From contig NC_043002.1 in the NCBI RefSeq assembly GCF_006345805.1, positions 22,010,001-22,074,000 on the forward strand: a DNA stretch of 64,000 bases. The letters run 5' to 3'. The DNA is from Octopus sinensis (taxonomy: Eukaryota). Positions 24,401-37,344 of this stretch are shown in pieces (positions within the stretch are counted from its first letter, which is position 1; each line of letters begins with the position of its first letter). Both the position numbers and the translations under genes were made by a program. Under the pieces are notes generated by a model. That model was not told the DNA's origin. It ran no database searches and was given only the letters and a program-made list of their open reading frames with translations.

Positions 24401-25226
24401 TACAGATTTCTCTGAAGTTACGTTCTGAGTTCAAATTCCGCCGAAGATGACTTTGCCTTTCATTTTGTCGGGGTCCATAAAATAAGCACTGGGGTCGATG
24501 CAATCGACTTTCCTTTCCCTCAAAACCTGCTGATCCCAGTGCCAAATTTTGAAACCACAATTGCAGATTTCTTGAAGGTGACGAACTCATAGAATTGTTA
24601 GAGTCGATTTCAGAGTCGATAAAATAAGTGTCAGTTGAACACTGAGGTCTGCGGTAACGTGAAATAAAGCGTTTTGCTTAAGAACCCTACGCGCTGCCCC
24701 TTGCAGGAATCGAAACCACAATCTGACCGCTACGACCAACATCTCCAACAACAGGTTTAAATATGTTTAAATATGTCCTGCATATTATAAGCGATTTGTT
24801 TGTTTGTTTGTTCCTTCTCGAGCCACGCCTGGCTCATAAGGGCCGTTTTACCGGTTTCCTTGGCGTATAGGCTCCCCACCTGGACTGGACGCCGGTCCGT
24901 CGCAGGTGAGCTGCAAGATGCAGGAGGAAAGAGTGAGAGAAAGTTGTGGCGAAACAGTCAGCAGAAGTTCGCCATTACCTTCTGCAGGAGCCGCGTGGAG
25001 CTTAGGTGTTTCGCTCATAAACACACACATCACCCGGTCTGAGATTCGAACCCGCAGTAGGACTGAACTGGTGACTGTGTGGTTGAAAAGTGTGCTTCTT
25101 AACCGCATAGACGTATATGCATGTTCATACTGTGCTACTTTTCAACATGGGAGTCTTTTCTTTTCAGCGATTCCTTTCTCTCTCTTTCGATGATATCTTT
25201 TAACTGTCCCTTAAACAGATCAGCAT

Positions 25227-25470
25227 CAATATGAAACGGATGGAATTTGCTAATGGAACTAAGTATTCCATTCCACCCGCCACAATATAGCACTGCTCAC
25301 TATTACGTCTCTCTCTTCTTCTTCTTCTCTTCTTTTCTTCTCTTCTTCTTCTTCTTCTTCTCCTCCTCCTCCTTCCTTCTTCTTTTCTTCTTCTTCTTCT
25401 TCTTCTTTTCTTCTTCTTCTCCTCCTCTCCCCTTCTTCTTCTTCTTCTCTTCTTCTTCTTCTTCTCTCGA
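25227..25470. repeat. (TTC/CTC)n low-complexity tract
   Basis: Direct inspection. Confidence 0.85.
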
Positions 25471-27086
25471 TCCTTTTTTTTACTCTCTACATCTCTTTTC
25501 ACACACCTATTCACCCTTCGCTCATGCACTAGTCATCTCTAACTCTCCCTCCCACCCTCTCTCATCCTGTCTGTTTCCATTTCTCTCCTCAGTCTAACCG
25601 TCTGTCTTTCTCTCTCCCTATCTGTGTCTCCATTTCCCTTCTCTCTCTCTCTCTCTCTCCTCTCTCTATCTCTCATCTAATCTAATCACATTATTAACCA
25701 AGCATGCAGTACACAAATCATTTCCAAATTTCCACATACCATCCAAACTGTGTTTGAAGTATCTCATCTTTTATACAAACGCCTTCATGGTTTCATTGCC
25801 TTCTTTTCCAATATACCCGGTAAGCCAAACACAACCGAAGCAAATGCATTACCGACTCATTGATAGAAGCCTTCATATCAAGGAATTCCCTTGCTTTACA
25901 ATCTTATTCAGCTAACAGCAACCATCAATTGATATTCTATCTGCTTTCCAACTAATACTATATAAATGTCTCTGTTTAGGGACTTAATTTAGAAAATGCT
26001 TTCTAGCATGACAATGTACTGCATGCCTCGTGGTTTTATTGGTATCTGTACTCATTACTAGCTTATTTCCAGGTAGTGAGTTGGTAGAGTCGTCAGCACA
26101 GAGGAGGAAATGCTTTAGCAGGATTTTAGTCCGGTTCTCTGTCTTCTCAGTTTAAATGCAGCCGAGGGAAACTTAGTTTTTTCATTCATTTCAGAGGTCG
26201 ATGAAAGAAGTACCAGCTGAGCACTGTGTCGGTGCAATCCACTTCCCTCCTTCCTCTCTTCAAAACGGCTGCCCTTATGCCTGAATTAGAAGTAATTGTA
26301 ATTCTTCCTCTTCCACTTCTGCCTCTCCTTCCTCTTCTACTTCTGCCTCTTCCTCTTCCTCCCCCTTCTTCCCCTTCCTCCTCCTCTTCTTCCTCTTCTG
26401 CCTCTTTATCTTCCTCTTCTTCCTACTTTTCTTCCTTCTCTTCGTCTCCTCTTCTTTGTAAACTCCTTATTGGTGGTCCAAGGCAGCGAACTGGTAGAAT
26501 CGTTAGTGTGTCGAACAAAACACTTAGCAGCATTTTCTTCGACTCTTTACAACCTGAACCCAAATGCTACCAAGGTCAAATGTGAACTTTGCCTTTCACT
26601 CTTTCGTGGCAATAAAATTAAATATCAGTCAAGTACTGAGTCGATATAACCGACTTGGCCCCTTCCCTCAAAATTACTGGTCACGAGCCAAAATTATAAA
26701 CAGTTATTTCCTTATTGTTTTACATCTTTGTTTTCTAATAATTTCCCTGTAGCATAGCAACTAAATGCCTGGGTGATATCGGTTTTATAGGAAATTAAAT
26801 GGCATTTTTAAGTCTTGATGATTTTCATTTAGTTTTAGATGATTTGATTCAAAGAGCTGATACGATCGTTAATTTTCGTAAAGTGCCCCCTTTCTCCCAA
26901 AAGGAAAGAAAACAATAAATAAAAAAAGTAAAGTAATTTCGCAATTCTGATCTTTGTTACTTAGCGACTGAAGTTCACGTGTTGAGCGAAAACTGATGTC
27001 ATATTTGGAACTAGTGCCAGAAAATCACCATCACATTCAAATATGCAAATTTTTTGCAGACTGGTGTAAGATATTGATGTGTGCGT

Positions 27087-27132
<46 letters not shown>

Positions 27133-27747
27133 TATGTGTGTGTATTTGTGTGTGCGCATGTGTGTGTGTATTTGTGTGTGTATGTGAGTGTGTGTGTGTG
27201 GTGTGTGTGTATATATAAATTTATATAAATAAGGATAAGATAGTTAATTTAAATATCGATCTTATCAAGTGGCCAGCATGGGAATAAAAGCCTTCAAAGG
27301 TAATATTATTATTAAAATTATATATATATATATAATATATATATAATTTAAATAATAAGGGTGAAAAAATTGATATTAATTTGATTAATATCAATTTAAA
27401 ACCAGCGGCCTAGCATATTGAAAAAATTCTGATGATTCAGAAAACTTATATTACATACATATAAGAGGGATGACCACTAAGTGGACATCCATTATGCTAG
27501 AGGTAGACCCCATATGGATTTGTGATTAAACTTTATATTTTGTATATTTTCATTTGTCTTGCTCGCTTACGTTCTGGTGTTTGCTGAATTTTCTTGAGAA
27601 CAACCTTTTATATAGTATATATATATATATACTCAAAATAAGCAACAAGAATGACTCCGGTAATTTGGTACGATCGTTTCATACTACATCATTTACAAAA
27701 TTTTCAAATCAAATTTGAAAATTTTGTATTAATGGAAAACCTCTATA

Positions 27748-27833
27748 TTGGCTGATGAGTACTCAGCATCTTAAATCTGTTGTAATACTTACAACATTTA
27801 ATAAAATGATGTAGTACGAAACGATCGTACCAA
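27748..27833 (+). ncRNA. Type I hammerhead ribozyme motif (Penelope/retrozyme type)
   Basis: Stem I TTGG (27748-51)/CCAA (27830-33); core CTGATGA 27752-58; stem II GTACT/AGTAC (27759-63/27813-17); GAAA 27818-21; self-complementary stem III ACGATCGT; GUA cleavage triplet with predicted cut at 27829/27830. Confidence 0.72.
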
Positions 27834-28214
27834 ATTACCGGGAGTATTCTTGTTGCTTATTTTGATTATAATCACCACACGGATTTTTTATGAATAATAA
27901 CACCATACAAAATTCTGGTGCATCTAAATTAAGTACCATATTCATTTGAATCTAAATTTTGCTGAACTTATATATTATATAATGAAATCTTCTGTGGAAG
28001 ACGATATATGAGTGATCAGTTTTTACTGTATGACCTGCACAAATGATTACTTAATATGATCAAATGCGTGTGCTGTACATTAGCTCAATCCGTCAAATCT
28101 CCGTTGCCTAAATAGATGCATGATGTACCACACGTCAGGTGTCGAAGTGACTGCAGTACAACGTGAGATAAAGAGATTTGCTCAAAAACACAGCGCACCT
28201 TCCGGTCCAGGAAT

Positions 28215-28610
28215 TAAGGATTTGCGTCCTCTTTCCAAGAACCCAAGTTCAGCCATACTTAGCTCCAGGCGGGTTGGCTTAGGTGCTGGATTTGTAAACT
28301 CCTTATTGATGGTCCATAGTTGTCTTCCTTCTCTTGTATTTTTCTACCCACATTGGCGTCCAGATGACAGCTGATTTCCACGACAGAACATATCTTTTAT
28401 TATTTTTTTGTGGTCCCACACGACAAGATCCGACCGATTGTGTTTTAACTTGCTGGCCATTTTAATTTTTAAGTTCTCCACCACATTCTTTTGACCTTTG
28501 AGTCTGAATAAAGTCCACTTCGTCCGTAGGCATTTTCTTTTTTGTTATCTCGTTCCAGGCGGTTCTGACCACCGCATTATGCTTCATGTGAAGTTATCTA
28601 GAAGACAATC
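28215..28610 (-). mobile_element. RLE-type (R4/HERO/CRE-like) non-LTR retrotransposon endonuclease fragment
   Basis: Minus strand with one frameshift: KHNRSDLVVWDHKK..VVEISCHLDANVGRKIQEKEDNYGPSIRSLQ, matching the HNRPD...E..C..D.N...K..EK..Y restriction-like endonuclease pattern. Confidence 0.65.
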
Positions 28611-29193
28611 TCTCGCAGTTGGTAATAATGTGTATGTATGTATGTATGTATGTATGTATGTATGTATGTATGTATGTATGTATGTATGTATGTATGTATG
28701 CCTCAATATACATCTTTTCAAAAGACGTTTTTATTAAATTTTATTGGATGTTTTATTCAATTATTACTTAATTACACAACAATCTGAAGTAACTCACCTC
28801 CCCATTTCTTGTGCGTGTAAACCACGTTACGTAGCACTGACCCTAAACTTTAATATACGCATGTTATATATAAAAAAAGCAGTCCTTGTTATATAAAAAC
28901 AGACCTTTCAGACCCTTGGAACGAGAGGGGAAGTCACCAAATCGCTGAAATGGTTGAAAATGGCGACGAAAAATCTTTGCCCTACAATCAACGGTTGATT
29001 GTTTAACTAGCACATCAAACAAACAATCGATTAATTAGTTCTTTGGACATCTATTGCAATAAAGAAGGAAAATCGATCCTTTTCGTGTATTATTATTGGT
29101 TTATAACCCTCTCAAGAAACAATAAAAGTATATTAAAAACATGTTTATAAATTATGATATTTCTAAATCATGTTCTTTGTTTTTGATCAACAG

Positions 29194-29325
29194 TTACCGT
29201 ATTGAACCTGCTTCTCCTCCTTTGGATGCGATTCTGGAAGATCACATCTTTCAATGATGTTTTAGTATACGTATTAAGTGGATTCCTGGGTGTTACGGAA
29301 GGTCTTTGGACAACGTACACCAACA
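29194..29325 (+). CDS. UNC93-like protein, penultimate coding exon (absent from the ORF track)
   Basis: Acceptor ttctttgtttttgatcaaCAG (29191-29193) and donor A|GTAAGT at 29326. The 132 nt (phase 1 to phase 1) encode (V)TVLNLLLLLWMRFWKITSFNDVLVYVLSGFLGVTEGLWTTYTN(S), matching the UNC93 motif SG.WG..DA.W.T..N. Confidence 0.88.
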
Positions 29326-29474
29326 GTAAGTAACAATTTCTTATATTTCTAGTGTGCTTTCTTCTAAATCTTACTAATTTCATTTTGACAGATGATAACA
29401 CTAGATTTCTTTGGTTTCTTTTCTATTTTATCCCAATTCTCTTTATATCTAAATACATACATTCATGTATAGAT

Positions 29475-29665
29475 ATATGAAAAAGGGAACACCTATGCTG
29501 AAAAATCTGCAGTTACTCTGTCCAGATTACACGTTCATGCTTATACCTGTAATTATTAGGACACTGGGATATGTAATACACTGCCTAAATACCAATCTTG
29601 AGAAATTAGCCTTCTCAAAACCAGAAAGGCGAAAACTAATTCGAAGACTTCAGATCCAATCCTTC
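29475..29665 (+). mobile_element. RLE-type non-LTR retrotransposon extreme C-terminal fragment
   Basis: GTPMLKNLQLLCPDYTFMLIPVIIRTLGYV..LEKLAFSKPERRKLIRRLQIQS resembles the IP.IIGALG...L..LG C-terminus of RLE ORFs. It overlaps in sequence the NYGP.IR.LQ end of the 28.2-28.6 kb fragment. Confidence 0.55.
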
Positions 29666-30543
29666 ACTAGAACTGTACATTAGCTCAATCTGTCAAATCC
29701 CGTTGCCTAAATAGATGCATGATGTACAACATGTCAGGTGTCGAAGTGACCGCAGTGCTACTGCCACAAAGTCCCTATCAATAAAATTTAACTCACGATG
29801 CATTGCTCGGCCTGGGACTATAACAGAAGACACTTTCCCAAGATGCAACGCAATAAGACTAAACCCGAAAGCACTCGGTTGCAAACCAGGTAAATGATGT
29901 GCTAGTTATTCTACCACTACCTGTTTTACCAGACAATTTATCGAATATTTTCCCAATTATATCAGATACTTCACCCGATGTTCTATCAGTTTTACCAAAT
30001 ATTCTTTACCAAACAATTACCCTAGATGTTGAATCAGTTGTTTTACAATGTATTATGCCAACCATATCAAATACATTCAATATTTTACCGGCAGCAATGC
30101 GGTGAGCTGGCAGAACCGTTAATACGCCGGGCAAAATACTTAGTTCGTCTTTACATTCAGAGTTCAAATTCTGCCTAGGTCGACGTTGCCTTTCATCTTT
30201 TCTGGATCGATAAAATAAGTACCAGTTGAGTACTGGGGTCGATGTATTCGACTCATCCCTTCCCCTGAAATTGCTGGCCTTCTGCCAAACTTTGAAATCA
30301 ATATTTTAGCGGCTGCTTTAGAAGAATTTCATCATTTGCTGTACTAGTGGCCTACAGCTGTTTCGACAAATGTCCAACATATTTTACTCCTGTTGTTTTT
30401 TCGCCAGACGCATTACCAGGCATTTTGGGAGTCGTTTTTACAGATATTTTACCGCTTTTTATATTAGTTCTTGTTTCCTTAGTTGATGTTATGCTTTTTT
30501 TTTAGCAGATATATTATACCTTATAATTTTTTTCCCTCCACAG

Positions 30544-30740
30544 GTCTACCGGGCATTCTGTTCTCTGAAAATCTAGAGGCGGCCTATTCTAACTTCCAGC
30601 TCGTCATCGCAGTGGCCATGATGACTGGTTATTCATACGCACACCAGCTATGTATGGTGGAGAAGATCTATTTGAATGCTGCAGCCTGTATAACGGCATA
30701 CATTGCATATTTGGTTCTTCAGAAATTCAAAAAGACCTGA
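30544..30740 (+). CDS. UNC93-like protein, terminal coding exon
   Basis: Acceptor tttttttccctccaCAG (30541-30543). Encodes (S)LPGILFSENLEAAYSNFQLVIAVAMMTGYSYAHQLCMVEKIYLNAAACITAYIAYLVLQKFKKT, then TGA at 30738-30740, matching the UNC93 C-terminus (L.G.LF....EAA..N..L; GYS..LC...K.Y). The four exons total 1948 nt = 1 + 649 codons. Confidence 0.9.
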
Positions 30741-30835
30741 CACCATCTACCATGGCGACTTTCTCTATTTCACATTTTATGTCTGATTGTGTAACTATCT
30801 GTATGTGTGTCTAAATGCCTGCCTATCCGTGTCTG

Positions 30836-30934
<99 letters not shown>

Positions 30935-31219
30935 GTGTGTCTGTCTATTGTATCCGGCTAGATATTTATATATCAGCTGTTTGTGTCTTTCTTGACGGCC
31001 TATCTTTCCTTCTATATGTCACACAAACATCCAGACAAAGGTATGTATGTATATGTGCGGGAGAGAGGATGTAGCGTATAAGATATTGTATATAATACGT
31101 TATTACTATTGCATTAAACATATATATGCATTGTATATGAGTGTATATATATATATGTATATATATATATATCTATATATATATATATATAATATACATA
31201 TATATATACATATAATATA

Positions 31220-31254
<35 letters not shown>

Positions 31255-33024
31255 GAATAATTATATATGTGTAGTGTATGTATGCATGTATATATATACA
31301 TATATGTGTGTGTGTGTGTGTGCGCGTGTATTTATGTACATATATGTGAGTGTTTTGGAGTTTCTGTCGGTTTTCATTATGAACATTTTGTTCAATCCAC
31401 TGAACTGTCTTCTAGTCAAAATAACGAGAAAGTGGCTGAGTATCCCTCATACTTATGTACCTTCAACATAATCCTTTGGCCAAATCAGTGTGCCACGGTA
31501 TATGGCAAGACTGGACCTTTAAATTTCAGCACAGTCCATTTGACAGGCTTCCATACAGTTTCCGTCTACTCAGTTTCATTGATGACGCTTGGGTCCACCC
31601 TACTTATGCGTGTGCGTGTGTGTGTGTTTGCCCGTGTATGCGCGTAAATATGTTTGTGCCTATGTATATATGTACGTACATACGTGCGTATGCATGTTTG
31701 TATGCATGCATGCATGTATGTATGTATGTATGTATGTATGTATGTATGTATGAATGTATGTATGTATGTATGTATGTATGTATGTATGTATGTATGTATG
31801 TATGTATGTATGAATGTGCTATGCATGTATGTATATATATATATATGTATATTGTGTGTGTGTGTTGTGTGTGTGTGTGTGTGTGTATGAATGTATGTAG
31901 TGTATGTTACACTTTTGAGTATACAAAACTGGAAATCTCTTTCCAGGCTCTCCTTTTAGTTGGTGGCTGGCATGGAATATGATCAACTGAAATACTTTGA
32001 TATTAACTAAAGGGTTTCCCAAGCTTATCACCGTTGAAACCGGGCCCAGAAGGCCCACAAAGGCCTTGTATTTTGAACTCAGAACGCACATTGTGAGACG
32101 GAACCGCAAGGCATCACGTCGGACATATAAACATTCCGCTAATCCACCGCACTGGATTAGTATTATTTTTTCTTATCGGCTGCAAAGGTAAAAAGAACAG
32201 CTGAACTATATGGGATTTGAACTTTGAACACAGAGAGCAGAAACATGTATATAGTTTTCTCTACCTCAATTTCCCTTATCTTTCTATATAAATATACATT
32301 TTTAGAGTTATACACTCATACACACGCACACATGTGCATACACACACATTCGCAAACACACCCATATATATAAATAATAATAATCATCATCATCGTTTAA
32401 CGTCCGTTTTCCATGGTAGCATGGGTTGGACGATGTATAATAATAGATGTATATATACACAAACACGTACGTACATCCATATATATAGCACGTAAACGCA
32501 CATCTACTTGCATATGCTTAGACAAATATATCCAAGTATATATAAGCATACTGAAACACACACAAATCCACATATATAATACATACGCACGCACGCACAC
32601 ACACACACACACACAACATACACACACACACACACACACACACACCACACACACACACATGTATCTATCGGGACAAAAAGGGAGAGCTTGTTCGTAACCA
32701 AATAATTTATGAACAAATTTCCTTATTTTACTTTTCTTTCTATATATACTCTGTGATGTTTCGAACTATAGAGAAACAGTAAATGGTAACTTAAACTACA
32801 ATATACAAACTCTCCATGCAGTTTTTTCTTTTGGTGTAAAAAGAATGTACATAGAGTTCTAAATACTGGTTATTTACCATGCAATTGTAATCGAAATCGC
32901 ACTGTATAATTCTATAATATATATATATATATATATAGATATATATATATATAATATTAAGGAGTATAACTCCAAACTTACAGGGAAAAATTCAATTTAG
33001 TATTAAATCAAATTTCACATTAAA

Positions 33025-33316
33025 TATATAAAATATAGATTAGAGATAAAACCACTATTATGCAATTCAAACAATGATAGACATAAACAAAAATAAAAAT
33101 ATTTTTATAAACATCTGACTAGATCACAAAAAGTATAAAACTGAATAATCAATATATAATAATACTTATTATATATTGATTATTCAGTTTTATACTTTTT
33201 GTGATCTAGTTATGTTTTATAAAAATATTTTTTATTTGTTATTTATGTTTTGGTTTATGTCTATCATTGTTTGAATTGCATAATAGTGGTTTTATCTCTA
33301 ATTTATATTTTATATA
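33025..33316. repeat. Long near-perfect AT-rich inverted repeat (hairpin, 3-nt loop at 33163-33165)
   Basis: Left arm TATATAAAATATAGATTAGAGATAAAACCACTATTATGC... is reverse-complemented on the right, apart from a few substitutions and a ~19-nt insert in the right arm. Confidence 0.85.
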
Positions 33317-33899
33317 TAATACATACTTACATACATATATATATATTTATACATACATACATATATATAAACATATATATATATATTTATACATACATAT
33401 ATATATATATACACATACATATATATAGATATAGATATATATATATGGTTATGTGTTTGTGTGTATGTATATATGCATATATATAGTGTATATACATTAT
33501 ATATATATGCACACATGCATTAATCCTCAGGCTGTTTTGCTGCAAGCAGCCTAAAGGCACCTGTTTACTTCATACAAAATCAAGTACCATTGCTTGTACA
33601 TGAAACTCGAGTTGCTGTATATATATAACAGACTTTCATAACTAAAAAAAAGTATCGAGTGCTTTCAATTGATGAACTTTTAACCATTATGTGTGTGTTT
33701 GCGTGTGTGTGTATGAATGTGTGCGTGTGTGTATGTATTTGTGAATGCTCTTATTTTAATATCTTTTTGTGTTGATGTATGTAAAGAAAGAAATACAAAC
33801 CTCCATTGGATATACAAAAGCGGTGCTGAAGCATGGCTTCAATCATGATAGCTTTATTATACTAAAGAATATACTCCCCTTTTATTTGTGTGTGTGCGT

Positions 33900-35700
<1,801 letters not shown>

Positions 35701-35816
35701 TACATTATTTAGGATGTGTTTATTCTTTACAACAAAAGAACCACAAACTTTAATAAAGTACTTTGTACAAACTCGTAGAAAATAATAATTTTCATATTCA
35801 CAGAAATATAAATATG

Positions 35817-35850
<34 letters not shown>

Positions 35851-36824
35851 TGTTTTTATAAGTTGCATGTGTATGTGTGTGTATGTATATGTTTATGTAT
35901 GTGTCTGTATATGAGTATAAACTACGCACAATGAAACGAATTTTTTGCATACTCCCATGTACACGTATTTTTGTATGCATAAGCGTATGTGTGTGTATAT
36001 GTGTGTGTGTGCGTGCGCGTACGTGTGTGTGTGTGTGTGTGTGTTGTGTGTGTGTGTGTTTACTTAATTGCGGGTTAACATACTTAAGACAGTTAACGCA
36101 AAATGATTAATTAATTTCAACCCTAATTTGAATTATGTTCGTCTCGAAAAAATAAAACAATTCATTAGCATTAAACGATAATTTTTGTTTTCAACAAAGT
36201 ACTCTACGTAAATTTCCCAAGGTCAATTAATTTATGTTTAATTAATGAATAATTACAAAAACTGTTATGCGTCTCCTTCTGTGACCCGGTAACCACGTTG
36301 CAGACTTTGTTTCACTGAGAAATACGTCTTCTGTTATCCTTGTACTTACAAAAGATCAAACTTACTTTCCACAACAAAATTCCTTTTAGCTTTTATGAAA
36401 TTTTAATTTTGGATTTGTCTTAGTTGATTGTTTGAATAAATTATCATTAATATTAAGGACTTCGCTCTTTATTGTTGCTCTAAATTTTTCTTTTGGGTTT
36501 GCTGTATTAAGTGTGTTAGATTGCACCCGACTATATAGCTTTCTTGCAGAAGGCATCCTGGGAAACATCGCAATGTCAGAGTGTATGCTATTGCGTTAGT
36601 GTGCAAGAGTTTGTGTGTGTGTGTGTGTGTGTGTGCGTGTGTGTTTGAATGTGTTTGTTTGCGCCTGTGTGTGTCTATGTACATATATGCATACGTACAT
36701 ACATATTTGTTATACAAGTGTATACATATATTTATATCAATACCTTCCCTACACATATATAAGTATACATACGCACACACGCATAAATATATATGTTAAT
36801 ATAAATGTATATATACATATACAC

Positions 36825-36872
<48 letters not shown>

Positions 36873-36874
<2 letters not shown>

Positions 36875-37224
36875 CGGCACTCCGTCGGTTACGACAAGGA
36901 GGGTCCCAGTTGATCCGAACAACGGAACAGCTGCTCGTGAAATTAACGTGCAAGTGGCTGAGCACTCCACAGACACGTGTACCCTTAACGTAGTTCTCGG
37001 GCGAGATACAGCGTAACAAGGCTGGCCCTTTGAAATACAGGTATAACAGAAACAGGAAGAAAGAGTGTGGCGAAAGAACACAGTAGGGTTCACCACCACC
37101 ACCCCTGCCGGAGGCTCGTGGAGCTTTAGATGTTTACGCTCAATAAACACTCACAACGCCCGGTCTGGGAATCGAAACCGCGATCCTATGACTGCGAGTC
37201 CGCTGCCCTAATCACTGAGCCATT
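36873..37224 (-). mobile_element. tRNA-derived SINE family C
   Basis: Shares long identity with 49051-49438 and 58895-59270; tRNA-like head (rc of GGAATCGAAACC...CCCTAA.CACTG.GCCATT) at the right end. A diverged relative lies at ~24790-25060. Confidence 0.8.
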
Positions 37225-37283
37225 CTCTCTTCTCTCTCTCTCCCCTCTCTCTCTCTCTCTCTCTCTATCTAATATATATATAT

Positions 37284-37344
<61 letters not shown>

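Noticed and set aside
30345-30375. Hammerhead 3' half (minus strand GTCGAAACAGCTGTA)
   Set aside because: No CUGANGA core at the proper position upstream.
30398-30505. Alternative hydrophobic exon (ALPGILGVVFTDILPLF...) upstream of the last exon
   Set aside because: It runs into a stop with no suitable donor; the resemblance to LPGIL appears coincidental.
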